Assembly: GCA_001769535.1 (NCBI GenBank)
Contig: MEOH01000019.1
Span: 65,787-129,786, forward strand
DNA length: 64,000 bases
Direction of reading: 5' to 3'
Source: Bacteroidetes bacterium GWF2_38_335
GTDB lineage: Bacteria; Bacteroidota; Bacteroidia; Bacteroidales; GWF2-38-335
Each line of letters begins with the position of its first letter. The first letter of the stretch is position 1. Both the position numbers and the translations under genes were made by a program. The notes under the pieces are model-generated. The model saw only the letters and a program-made list of their open reading frames with translations. It was not told the DNA's origin and made no database searches. Below, one piece after another: positions 19,354-28,517 of the stretch.

Positions 19354-21162
19354 TCAAATATTTGAAAAGAATTCTGATAAATCTTGTGAATCGGGCAAAT
19401 TCAATTTTTTTCTGATCCGGTATTTGCTCATTGAGACACTTTTTAATGAAATATTCAATACGGATGCGATTTCCTTTGTTTCAAAATTTAATCTAAGGAA
19501 TACTGCGAAGCGTTTATAGTAGTCGTTAAGCTCGGGACATTTTTGCGAAAGTTTGTAATAAAAATCCTGATAGAGGGTGTTAAGGTAGATGTTCAGTTCC
19601 TTTCTTTCTTCAGTAAGATTCATGTTTTGAGAAGTGAAAAGCAGAATTTGATTTATTTCATCAACCATACCGCTTTCCTTTTGTTCTTTTTTAAGTTTTG
19701 TGAGTTTGTCCCTGAGCTGTTGCATAAAATTGTTTTTTTCTATGATCAGCAATGCCAGATTTTCCATCTCTTTTTTCTTGAACTCAAGTTCTTGGGATAG
19801 TTGTTCTTCTTTATGCTGGGAGTTTATTTGCTTTATTTTAAAATTTTTAAGTTTGATCCTTTGGAAATAAAAAATTACCGAACCGATGATTACAATTGCC
19901 AAAAAGATTATTAGTGACACCAATAATATGATTACCCATTTACGCTCTCTCTCACGTGCATTCAGAATTTCAATTTCGGTTTTTTGCTTTTCAACCATCA
20001 TTTCGGTTTCCCTTTTCTTTATTTCATTGTCGAAAATGGAGGTGTTCAGTTCGCTTAACTTTTCCTGAAAAATGCTGTCGTTTTTTAAAAAAACCTTATT
20101 AAACTTATATGCCTCGGCAATATTGCCTGTTTTCTCATAAGATAATGAAAGTGTTTTGGCGGCTTTGGTTTCAAAATCGGAACTGTTTATTTTTCTTGCA
20201 TTTTCAAGGAATTTATTGCCGGTTTCGATTGCTTTTTCATAATTTCCCTGTTCGAAATAAAAATTGCTGATAAACTCATAAACATTGGCAATCATAAAAG
20301 AATAATTGAACTGTACGGCCACATCAAGCGATTTTTCATAATACCTGATTGCCTCATCAGGGTTCTTTTTCTTTTTATATACCTGAGCAATGCCTGAGTA
20401 AGCCCCGCAAATTGAAACATCCAGCGGATATTGCTCATAAATTTTCAGTATGCTGTTGTAATGGCTTAGAGCGGTTTCCAGACTGTCCTGTACATTATAA
20501 ATATCTCCCAGATGGGTATGTGAAAAAATCAGATACCGCTTATTGTCAGTTTTTTTAGCCAGAATCAATGCCTTTTTGGCAAATATTTTGGCATCTTCCC
20601 ATTTCTTATAAATTTTATAAACATTTGATATGTTGATGTATAGCGACGATAAAGCTTCTTCATTATTCAGCTTTTCAGCATAACCAACTCCGGTAAGATA
20701 TGTTTCAAGTGCTGTGACAGGCTCATTCTGACTCAAATAGTAATTACCTAAAGCATTATAGGTAAATGCTATTTCAGAGGAGTTGTATTTTTTCAGGATT
20801 TTAAGTGCTTTCAGTAAATAATCCTTTGCCTGTTCCTTACCGTCATTTTTTCTGAAAAAAGCAGCGCCTTTATGACTGTAAACCAGTCCGATCCCTTCGG
20901 GGTAATCGTTTTCTTCTGCAATTCGGTATGCTATATCACAATACTCAATGGACTTATCAACATCCCTAAAATTCAGAGCTTTAGATGCTTTTAAATATTG
21001 ATCGATGGTGTCTTTGTAATTTTTTGCACTTTTTAATCCATATAATAACGTGTCCTGTTTATTTCCAGATGAGTTAATAACACAGAAAGACAATGCAAAA
21101 ACAAGAAAAAGTTGTATTCTGACTTTGTTGTATGACCAGTATTTTTTTACAAATCCATCCAT
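19354..21162 (-). CDS. TPR-sensor, single-TM, LuxR/GerE-type HTH transcriptional regulator
   Basis: TPR units, TM helix (WVIILLVSLIIFLAIVIIGSVIFYF), coiled coil, and C-terminal HTH (ETKEIASVLNISLKSVSMSKYRIRKKLNL). I prefer the internal ATG at 21162 (MDGFVKKYW...). The longer ORF start at 21246 would overlap the upstream gene by 47 nt and adds a non-signal-like extension. Confidence 0.75.
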   Translation of the reverse strand: MDGFVKKYWSYNKVRIQLFLVFALSFCVINSSGNKQDTLLYGLKSAKNYKDTIDQYLKASKALNFRDVDKSIEYCDIAYRIAEENDYPEGIGLVYSHKGAAFFRKNDGKEQAKDYLLKALKILKKYNSSEIAFTYNALGNYYLSQNEPVTALETYLTGVGYAEKLNNEEALSSLYINISNVYKIYKKWEDAKIFAKKALILAKKTDNKRYLIFSHTHLGDIYNVQDSLETALSHYNSILKIYEQYPLDVSICGAYSGIAQVYKKKKNPDEAIRYYEKSLDVAVQFNYSFMIANVYEFISNFYFEQGNYEKAIETGNKFLENARKINSSDFETKAAKTLSLSYEKTGNIAEAYKFNKVFLKNDSIFQEKLSELNTSIFDNEIKKRETEMMVEKQKTEIEILNARERERKWVIILLVSLIIFLAIVIIGSVIFYFQRIKLKNFKIKQINSQHKEEQLSQELEFKKKEMENLALLIIEKNNFMQQLRDKLTKLKKEQKESGMVDEINQILLFTSQNMNLTEERKELNIYLNTLYQDFYYKLSQKCPELNDYYKRFAVFLRLNFETKEIASVLNISLKSVSMSKYRIRKKLNLPDSQDLSEFFSNI

Positions 21163-21199
21163 ATCATCTGGTTTGTTGGAAGGATAAAAATAGTGAAAA

Positions 21200-22300
21200 T
21201 TATTTAAAGCAAAATCCCCCCGGCGCAATTCCAGCTTCAAATTCATAAATTAAAATGCAATCATGCCTGAATCTCAATACCCGTCCGTTGGATGAGTAAT
21301 TGGATGCATCACCTACATAAATGTCAGAGTTTATCGGGTCGATTCCCATGCTGTAGAATAATTTGCCGTTTTCGGGGATAACAGGTGAGGAGGGAAGAAC
21401 CTCTGATGTAACAGCCATTCTGTAAACTCCGCTACCTTCAATAGCTGTTCCGCCCCAGTTTGAGAAAATGAAATAGAGTGTATCCTTTCCTGCTGTCATG
21501 CACAAATCAGTTGGGGATCCGTTGATGTCATCAAATGTCAGGGTTTTCTCAATTTCCAGCGTTTCGGGGTTTATTCTGATGAGTGTGGGATTTTCATAGC
21601 CCACCGGAGAAGTTTCATTTCCTCCGTCGCACAAAACCCAAAGCTTGTTGTTTTTGTCAATTACCATGCTGTTTGGCTGCAACGTTACATCAAGGGTGTC
21701 GGTGATTTCATCATTGATTGTATTGACCACTAAAATTTTATCATCAAAATTCCAACTCGAAACAAAAAGTTTGTCTCCTGAAACTACCATGCTCTCGGAT
21801 GTATGGGCATAAACCGAACCTGTAGCTGAAAGATCAACGGATCCCGCAATCTGGCGGGTTTTTAGGTTGACAATGTAAAGGCATTTGGAGTACAAATCTG
21901 AAACATAGGCCTTCTCATCTGAAATAAAAACAATGTTTCTTGGTGATGTAAAACCTGTTATTTTACCAATGTACTTAAATGTATTAATATTGATAATGTA
22001 AATCTTTCCTGAATTGTTGATCACAATATATCCCAGCGAATCTCTTATTGTCATTGACTGCGCCACATCACCCAGTGGCAGTGCATTGGTACGGTAAAAA
22101 ACATTGTTTTCAAAAATGTTGTCATTAATATTATAATAAGACAGTGAGGCATTCTCGTACATAAAATTTCCCTCGTTAACAACAAAAACCCCTCTTTCGG
22201 TATGATTGGCATTGAGTCTCTCAAAGTCGCGCAGCACATCATCATCCATACATGAGGAAAGGATAAGCAGAAAGGGTAATATATAAATGAGTTTCTTCAA
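21200..22300 (-). CDS. surface-lipoprotein beta-propeller (YncE/DUF5074-like), candidate corrinoid-binding partner of the TonB receptor
   Basis: Lipobox LILSSC followed by acidic residues (CMDDD), which is a Bacteroidota surface-export signature. GVFVVNEGNF...ASLSYY start and repeated propeller-blade motifs. TTG start overlaps the receptor TGA (TTGA), and no in-frame ATG would retain the signal peptide. Confidence 0.65.
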   Translation of the reverse strand: MKKLIYILPFLLILSSCMDDDVLRDFERLNANHTERGVFVVNEGNFMYENASLSYYNINDNIFENNVFYRTNALPLGDVAQSMTIRDSLGYIVINNSGKIYIININTFKYIGKITGFTSPRNIVFISDEKAYVSDLYSKCLYIVNLKTRQIAGSVDLSATGSVYAHTSESMVVSGDKLFVSSWNFDDKILVVNTINDEITDTLDVTLQPNSMVIDKNNKLWVLCDGGNETSPVGYENPTLIRINPETLEIEKTLTFDDINGSPTDLCMTAGKDTLYFIFSNWGGTAIEGSGVYRMAVTSEVLPSSPVIPENGKLFYSMGIDPINSDIYVGDASNYSSNGRVLRFRHDCILIYEFEAGIAPGGFCFK

Positions 22301-24276
22301 AATCTGTACATTAACTGGATGACAAAATTCCTTCCGGGCATCGGTCTGCCAAGCACCGAGCGATATTCTTCATTAAAAAGGTTGTATATTTTTATCTGTA
22401 AATTCAGCTTGCTCTTTTTCAGATTAAACCCTTTTTCAATGCTTAAATTATTCATGTAATAGGGATACAGCCAATCGCGCAGGGTAATATTATTGGTTGA
22501 GGTGGTAAATCTTTCGCTGTATGAATTGTTTGACCAGGCCAGGGTAAATCCACTTTTTGACACACTTAAATTGAAATTAAACGAATGAACAGGAATAAAC
22601 GGTAACTGCTTTCCCCATGATTCTCTTCCCCAAACTGTCGTGTCACCATAGTTTATTGAGCGGGTTAATGCATATCCGCTCGCGATGGTAAAGCGAAAAT
22701 CTGAAAGAATAAATGAACCCTTCAGATTATATTCAAGCCCTTTTGCAATTACCCTGCTTATGTTTTCCGGACTCCAGTACCCTTTTGTGCTTGGGATCCA
22801 GATTATCCAGTCATTTATTTCAGAATAATACAGTGAAATCTCATCTCCGAAAGAATATTTACTTTTCTTTTTTTCTGAACTAATATCAAGATTCAGACAA
22901 TACCCTTTTTCGGGTTTGAGATTTATGTTTCCTCCTGGTTGCCAGTAAAGATCATTCAGTGCCGGTTGCCTGTAATTTCTTGCTATGTTTATTTTTAACC
23001 GGTGATTCCAGCTGGTGTCAATTTTGTAATCAAATCCGGCTGACGGAATAAACGGAGCAAGTTTTCCTGAAACCATTTCCTGTCGGACTCTTGCCGTTAT
23101 ATTTATTTTCTTCCCTATTTTACTGAAAACAGCAAAATATGCTGAATGCTCATTTCTGGATTTATTGTATCCAAAGTCGGATACTGTATCTAAAGTATTA
23201 ACATTGTGTTTGTTAAATGAATAATCTGCAACGAATAGGTTTTCATGCCATTCATACTTGTAACTTGCTTTATTATACAGATTCAGGCATGAACTTTCTG
23301 AATAGATGGCATTTTCAAAACCATGGCCTGAAATATAGTTTTTAAGGTAATAAAGCATATCCCGGTTTATCAGTCCGGATGAGATTATAAATCTTGATCT
23401 GATGCCGAAATATTTCCACTCTCCGATTAATGAATGCGTGTTTTCTTCCTGCTTATTGATATTGGAATAATCGTTTCCTTCATAGGTGTTCAGGCGGGGC
23501 AGACTTCTTTCCGATTGCTGATACCAGTATTTAGCTGAAAAGACTGAATTCACCGAGGGCCGGTAATATATTTCCTGTAATCCGCCAAGATACTTGTAAT
23601 CTGCATTGTCGTTTGTTTGCTCCGGATAAATATATTCTCCTGTAACCGGGTCAATATCAGCAATATTTTTGTTTTTGAAGGAGAAATTGTTTTTGGAATA
23701 ATTGTGGTAGATTCTTGTTTTGCTCTGAATTTTGGAATTTCCTGTATTTAATTGGAAAAATTCGTTAAAGGTTTGGTAGCTGCCAACTCCCTGAATATAT
23801 TTTCCGCTAAATTTATTATTCCAGTCGGCTTCATTCAAAATATTTATGCTCCCGCCAAGCGCTCCACCGGCATCCTGCACCGTCGATGCCCCGCTGAGCA
23901 TATAAACTTCGTCAATAATGTACGAGGGGATGAGTGATAAATCAACCTGTCCGAGCATTGGTGATTTCATGCTCATGCCGTTCCACATGACGTCGGTGTG
24001 GGCAGGAGCTGTTCCCCTTACCGAAACTGTTGAAAGCGCTCCTCTGCCGTGTGATTTGATGAAAACAGGCAGGGATCCTGAGAGCAAATCTGACAGAGAT
24101 GTATTTGCAGAGCCGGCCAGGGTTGTGCTGTCAATCGTTTTTTTCGAAAGAGCTGATTCTTCCTGCTTTAGATGAGAATAAACATTTACTGTTTTAAGCA
24201 AAACAGTATCATCCTTCTGGGAAAATGAAATGACAGAGGTCAATAAAAGAATTATATTTAAAACATTGTGTTTCAA
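22297..24276 (-). CDS. TonB-dependent receptor, BtuB-like (riboswitch-linked)
   Basis: Signal peptide. Plug motifs (IKSHGRGALSTVSVRGTAPAHTDVMWNGM). A ~22-strand-size barrel ending in the aromatic terminus ...QLMYRF. Lies in an operon headed by a cobalamin riboswitch. Confidence 0.85.
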   Translation of the reverse strand: MKHNVLNIILLLTSVISFSQKDDTVLLKTVNVYSHLKQEESALSKKTIDSTTLAGSANTSLSDLLSGSLPVFIKSHGRGALSTVSVRGTAPAHTDVMWNGMSMKSPMLGQVDLSLIPSYIIDEVYMLSGASTVQDAGGALGGSINILNEADWNNKFSGKYIQGVGSYQTFNEFFQLNTGNSKIQSKTRIYHNYSKNNFSFKNKNIADIDPVTGEYIYPEQTNDNADYKYLGGLQEIYYRPSVNSVFSAKYWYQQSERSLPRLNTYEGNDYSNINKQEENTHSLIGEWKYFGIRSRFIISSGLINRDMLYYLKNYISGHGFENAIYSESSCLNLYNKASYKYEWHENLFVADYSFNKHNVNTLDTVSDFGYNKSRNEHSAYFAVFSKIGKKINITARVRQEMVSGKLAPFIPSAGFDYKIDTSWNHRLKINIARNYRQPALNDLYWQPGGNINLKPEKGYCLNLDISSEKKKSKYSFGDEISLYYSEINDWIIWIPSTKGYWSPENISRVIAKGLEYNLKGSFILSDFRFTIASGYALTRSINYGDTTVWGRESWGKQLPFIPVHSFNFNLSVSKSGFTLAWSNNSYSERFTTSTNNITLRDWLYPYYMNNLSIEKGFNLKKSKLNLQIKIYNLFNEEYRSVLGRPMPGRNFVIQLMYRF

Positions 24277-24279
24277 ATA

Positions 24280-25266
24280 TTAACGAATTATCAATTTTTG
24301 TCTGGCGTTTTCCTTTTCAGGATTGACAATGACAATATAGATTCCGGCTTTCATTTGAGAAGTGCTAAAGCGGTTTTCATGGCTTGAATTATCCAAAATG
24401 CTTCTTCCTGCCAGATCTGTCACAACCAGATGTTCTACTGAAAAATTTCCCTTGATATAAACCTGACCGCTACAAGCCGAAGGATTGGGGTAAAGGGAAA
24501 ACGATTGATTTGTCAGTTCATTGATGTCTGATGATCTGAAATTGATGACACCCACTGCATCGAGATCAAAACCTGATGAGTACATAGCCGTGGGCCAGGG
24601 ATCATTGATAATTCTTCCGTCTGAATCATACCGGGCATATTCCGGATTTATGGAACCAACCACATCAGTGATTCTGATGCTGGTGATGCTGTCAATGTTT
24701 ATTTCGCTGTGTCCTACAAGTAGTTCAAGATCGAAAGGAGTGCCATAATTCAGCACATATTTGCCGGCAAGTCCCCAGATTGAAGTCGGGTCAAGCTGAC
24801 CATAGGAGGTGATTTGTTCCTCCAGAGGTGTATTTGAGTAGCATGGAAATTTCACATAATTGATTCCGTCACTGCTAACCTCTACGTAAGCAAGTTCAAG
24901 AAAATAGTTATACGGAGCAAAAGCAGACTGAAAACCGTTTTCAAAAATGGCAAAATCTGGTCCGGGACCATTAGCCAAAGGCTGGGCAAAAGACACAACA
25001 GCTGTGCCACCGTCGCCGAGTGAAACAACTTTTCCGTCGCCTGCTTTTCCTGTTGCATCGGCGGGAACACCGAAATCGGGGAATCCGGATTCGGGGACTG
25101 AAATGTCGACCGGACCGGCAATTACCGAGCAATCGATGGCCCATCCGCAGATAGCCGAAGAATCCCTATGTACAGCGTCAGAACCGGGTTGCCCTGCAGC
25201 AGGAGGGTACTGGGCAAAAATTGCAGAGGAAATGATCATTGAAAATAACAGTAAATTTATTTTCAT
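24280..25266 (-). CDS. secreted protein of unknown function with T9SS C-terminal sorting domain
   Basis: Signal peptide. Conserved-looking core (GPGPDFAIFENGF...LELAYVEVSSDGINYVKF). C-terminal T9SS type-A domain (FSLYPNPSACSGQVYI...AGIYIVIVN). 3-nt gaps to both neighbours. Confidence 0.65.
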   Translation of the reverse strand: MKINLLLFSMIISSAIFAQYPPAAGQPGSDAVHRDSSAICGWAIDCSVIAGPVDISVPESGFPDFGVPADATGKAGDGKVVSLGDGGTAVVSFAQPLANGPGPDFAIFENGFQSAFAPYNYFLELAYVEVSSDGINYVKFPCYSNTPLEEQITSYGQLDPTSIWGLAGKYVLNYGTPFDLELLVGHSEINIDSITSIRITDVVGSINPEYARYDSDGRIINDPWPTAMYSSGFDLDAVGVINFRSSDINELTNQSFSLYPNPSACSGQVYIKGNFSVEHLVVTDLAGRSILDNSSHENRFSTSQMKAGIYIVIVNPEKENARQKLIIR

Positions 25267-25269
25267 AAT

Positions 25270-26532
25270 TTAGAATTTTATAAGTTCATGATAAGACACA
25301 TTCTTATTGGTAAACACGCCAATAATATATGATCCCACAGGCAGTGATGACAGGCTCAGAAACTCATTTTCGGTTCCGTTGAATCTTTGAATAATTTGTC
25401 TGCCCGATAAATCAGAAACAGTTAATTTGTCAAACCCATCAACCGTTTTGATCCGGATATAATCAACAGCAGGATTAGGGTATATTTCAGTAATAGCATT
25501 ATGTTTTTCCGAGATGCCGGTTTCAGTTCTGTAGTCAATATCCATTGCATCAGTTGAGATTCCCACATCAAAGGTCCCGAGACTATTTCCTGACAGATCA
25601 TAAATATTTCCTTCACCATAACTATAATAATCAGTAGTGGCAACATACAGTTTTGAGTTTATTCTGTCAAGAACCACTGATGATACGGCATCGTAGCCAC
25701 CCGGACCGGCTATCAGGTTTGTGTTGCTGTATTCACCGGAATAAAGGTTGTAAACAGCAATATTTCCATTTAATAGTGTGAAAAGAGCTGTATAATTGAG
25801 TGCATAACCCCGGGTAATGATCTCTTCATAAAAATCAAAAGTTACTTCTCCGGTGGAAAGGTTATAAGTAGCAATGGAGCCAACGGTGTCGTCTGCCCAG
25901 TTGAAAGTTTCGTTAACCATGTAGATATTGTAATCGTCGGTGAAAATATCCCCGATTCCCTGACCGTTTTCCCCAAAATCAATAAATCTGACGAATGATT
26001 GGGTAACAGGGTCGACAACAGCAAGTTTGCCAGATGTACTGCCATACCCGCCATAAATGGCAACATAAACTGAATCATGGGTAAACACAATTCCGAAAGT
26101 TGGCTCATCAATCTCAGGAACTTCAAAGATCAATTGGGAGAGGTCATTTTTGTTCAATACTTTTAAATAAACACCATCACCTGCGTCAAGCCAGCGGCCC
26201 ACATAAAGATGGTCGCCAAAAACATGCAGTTCGTGTAAGTGAGTCATATAGGTTTCGTCTACCCTTTCATAAGTATCAATATCGTACTTCACGATAGAGT
26301 CGGTGGCAGCAACATAAGCAAAATGATCCTCAATAAATACCCATTGAGCATATCCCGTTTGGATGGAATCAAAGATTGATCGCTCACCGGATTCGGGGTC
26401 ATAAGAAGAAACATAAACTGTGCCTCCGGTACCTTCGGCCAGGATTAGCTGTTTGACATAGGTTGTTTGGGCAACAGAACAGAGAGTTGTGAGAACAATC
26501 AGGACAATACCTGAGAAGACATTTTTCATCAT
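25270..26532 (-). CDS. beta-propeller-like secreted protein with T9SS C-terminal sorting domain
   Basis: Signal peptide, repeated blade-like segments (LYVATTDYYSYGEGNIYDLSG etc.) and a T9SS tail (ITEIYPNPAVDYIRIK...VGSYIIGVFT...). First gene after the riboswitch. Confidence 0.65.
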   Translation of the reverse strand: MMKNVFSGIVLIVLTTLCSVAQTTYVKQLILAEGTGGTVYVSSYDPESGERSIFDSIQTGYAQWVFIEDHFAYVAATDSIVKYDIDTYERVDETYMTHLHELHVFGDHLYVGRWLDAGDGVYLKVLNKNDLSQLIFEVPEIDEPTFGIVFTHDSVYVAIYGGYGSTSGKLAVVDPVTQSFVRFIDFGENGQGIGDIFTDDYNIYMVNETFNWADDTVGSIATYNLSTGEVTFDFYEEIITRGYALNYTALFTLLNGNIAVYNLYSGEYSNTNLIAGPGGYDAVSSVVLDRINSKLYVATTDYYSYGEGNIYDLSGNSLGTFDVGISTDAMDIDYRTETGISEKHNAITEIYPNPAVDYIRIKTVDGFDKLTVSDLSGRQIIQRFNGTENEFLSLSSLPVGSYIIGVFTNKNVSYHELIKF

Positions 26533-26649
26533 TTCAAATCACATTTTAGTTAAACATTACAAATAAGCTGAATTTTCCTATTGGAAAAATTCATCAACAT
26601 TCGTAAGCCAACCGGGAAACCAAAGGAAATTGTGCACGAAATTTTCCTT

Positions 26650-26860
26650 ATGCTTTTACACCCGAAAGCTCTGAATATTTGCAATGGCAGGTCTTCTGAC
26701 TTTCCTGACCTTTAACCCCTTCCCATCCGCCGGGAGGCGAACAGTGGGTGATCGTTAAAGGCACCATCCGCCGTTTGGCGGATCAGGATCACAGCAGCGG
26801 GTACTGTAGCCGATTTGCACGGCATTCCCTTTTCAATCCGGACATTTATTTCCGGATAAC
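26650..26860 (-). promoter_or_regulatory. cobalamin (B12) riboswitch
   Basis: The minus strand reads AAAAGGGAATGCCGTGCAAATCGGCTACAGTACCCGCTGCTGTGA ... CACTGTTCGCC ... GGGAAGG ... then the B12 box AGTCAGAAGACCTGCC (plus-strand ggcaggtcttctgact at 26686-26701). This matches the conserved core of the cobalamin riboswitch. A possible terminator hairpin (aggaaaatt...aatttcct + TTTGGTTT) follows before the ATG at 26532. Confidence 0.85.
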
Positions 26861-26868
26861 CATCGTGA

Positions 26869-26876
26869 CAAATGTA
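26869..26876 (-). promoter_or_regulatory. candidate -7 box (TACATTTG) driving the riboswitch leader
   Basis: Reverse complement of caaatgta. Matches TAnnTTTG, placed just upstream of the riboswitch. Confidence 0.4.
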
Positions 26877-26977
26877 GGGGGATTTTTTTTAAAAAAAAGT
26901 GTTTGGGGTAATATTTTTGATTAGGGGATTGTTAATATTAATTTTAAAATATTTGATTTCAGTAATTTATAGTGTTA

Positions 26978-27616
26978 TTATTCTAATTGCGGTAAGTATT
27001 TCGTTTTATCACTTTCCCATTTTCTGGAAACCTTACCCTTAAAATGTTCTATGGTAATATTTTTATCTTTTGCGCTTTTAAATAACAAGTTGCGCACCAA
27101 TTTGGGATAAAAATACACCCATATCATTCCACATTTTGAACGTTTTTTGAAGATGCCTACCTGACTCATCAAATCATAGGCGGCAGAGGCACATCGCATT
27201 CCGAAAAAGGCGTAGTCATAGGGGGAGGCGAGAAGGTATTTTTTTATAATCATTTCTGCCGAGTCATGGGTTTGTTTGGAAACGGGAATGGTAAAAACAG
27301 TCATTTTTACTGAATCATACCCGAGGAACTCCTCGCACCACATTCCGTGAATTTCTTTTTTATGGCTGAAAATATGAAGCCTTCCATTGGGGTTGAACCC
27401 TGCGACAAAATTTTCGGTTTGAACCTTAACATGCCCACCATGGATGCCCCCAAAGTATTTGCTTTCTGTTTTTTTATATCCTTTTCCCGGTTTTGAACCG
27501 TAAATGAAATAAACCTTGATATTGTAATCGTTTTCTGAGCTGGAATAACTGAAAAGAGTAATCACCGATAGAAGCAGAACTATTGAAAACCTGAAATGAA
27601 AAATATTTGATTTCAT
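26978..27616 (-). CDS. hypothetical exported protein
   Basis: Long ORF with a signal peptide (FSIVLLLSVITLFSYS). Contains His (GGIHGGHV) and Cys (YAFFGMRCASAAYD) motifs of unknown meaning. I do not recognise a family with confidence. Confidence 0.55.
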   Translation of the reverse strand: MKSNIFHFRFSIVLLLSVITLFSYSSSENDYNIKVYFIYGSKPGKGYKKTESKYFGGIHGGHVKVQTENFVAGFNPNGRLHIFSHKKEIHGMWCEEFLGYDSVKMTVFTIPVSKQTHDSAEMIIKKYLLASPYDYAFFGMRCASAAYDLMSQVGIFKKRSKCGMIWVYFYPKLVRNLLFKSAKDKNITIEHFKGKVSRKWESDKTKYLPQLE

Positions 27617-27663
27617 GAGTTTAATTTTAGCTTACCGAAAGTACAAAAAATATTGAATAAAAG

Positions 27664-27762
27664 CTAGTCTTTTTCCCACTTTCTGCCAACGTTACATTCA
27701 TTTTTTGAAATTCTGTAATTAAACAGGTAAACAAGTTTAGGAAGTTTTTTTTGATAATATAG
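27664..27762 (-). pseudogene. possible C-terminal remnant of a paralog of the 26978-27616 gene
   Basis: The minus-strand frame reads ...YYQKKLPKLVYLFNYRISKNECNVGRKWEKD*. It shares PKLV and RKWExD with the C-terminus of the neighbour (YFYPKLVRNLL...KVSRKWESD). It abuts the 3' end of the transposase-like gene. The similarity is short, so this call is tentative. Confidence 0.35.
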
Positions 27763-27766
27763 TTTA

Positions 27767-28369
27767 TCATAGAAAGAAATCATCATCATCATTCCAGTTA
27801 ATTGGGTTGTTTTTAATATATGTCTTTACTATGCAATAATCCTTTATTGTTCGTAAGATGCGGTCATGAAATAAACGCTGCCAAAAAAACCTTTTGTTTT
27901 GTATGGTAGAATATGTCGTAATTGCAGTTTTATAACCTCTTATGATTGATCCTAAATTTTGGGATTGAGTTCCAAATTTGTTTTTTGTTTTGAAATCTTT
28001 TTTTAGTTTCAATTGTTCGAATTGTGATGCCTGTGTCGCCAATATTTTTTCGATGTTTCTATCCTTTTTTTTGTCAATAATAATAATGCCATGAATATGA
28101 TCAGGCATAATTATATATTCATCCAAAAAACAAATAGGAAAATGCAGAGGGATTTCATTCCAGCATTTATCAGCATATGCACCTATTTCAGAATAAATCA
28201 TTTTGTTATTTTCAATTTCCCCAAAAACATGTTCTCTGTTTTTTATACAAATAGTTACATAATAAACACCATCCGATCCATAATCCCAATATTTAAGACG
28301 TGTTGAATTAATGTTGTATTTATTTGAAAATTTATTCATTATGGATTCAAAAATAAATAAATACAACAT
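27767..28369 (-). CDS. IS200/IS605-like Y1 (HUH) transposase, REP-associated tyrosine transposase (RAYT) type
   Basis: RLKYWDYGSDGVYYVTICIKNREHVFGEI N-terminus and HUH motif (MPDHIHGIIII). C-terminal Tyr region (KTYIKNNPINW). These are characteristic of the Y1_Tnp (PF01797) family. The start is probably the internal ATG at 28339 (MNKFSNKY). Confidence 0.75.
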   Translation of the reverse strand: MLYLFIFESIMNKFSNKYNINSTRLKYWDYGSDGVYYVTICIKNREHVFGEIENNKMIYSEIGAYADKCWNEIPLHFPICFLDEYIIMPDHIHGIIIIDKKKDRNIEKILATQASQFEQLKLKKDFKTKNKFGTQSQNLGSIIRGYKTAITTYSTIQNKRFFWQRLFHDRILRTIKDYCIVKTYIKNNPINWNDDDDFFL

Positions 28370-28422
28370 ATAAAAAAATATGTTGTATAAAATATTTTAA
28401 AAAAAATAATGTGGGGTTGAAT

Positions 28423-28501
28423 GTAGAGACGCAAAATATTGCGTCTCCATCGGTAATACAATTATATTTATTTGATAGAGACGCAAAATATTGCGTCTCT
28501 A
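28423..28501. repeat. two REP-like palindromes next to the RAYT gene
   Basis: gTAGAGACGCAAaataTTGCGTCTCca (28423-28449) and TAGAGACGCAAaataTTGCGTCTCta (28476-28501). Each has a 9-bp perfect stem, and the first begins with GTAG. Confidence 0.75.
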
Positions 28502-28517
28502 TGGTTATTTTAACCCG

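Noticed and set aside
21163-21246. Longer start of the TPR-LuxR regulator
   Set aside because: It would overlap the upstream lipoprotein gene by 47 nt and adds a non-signal-like peptide. The ATG at 21162 is followed by a hydrophobic signal-anchor.
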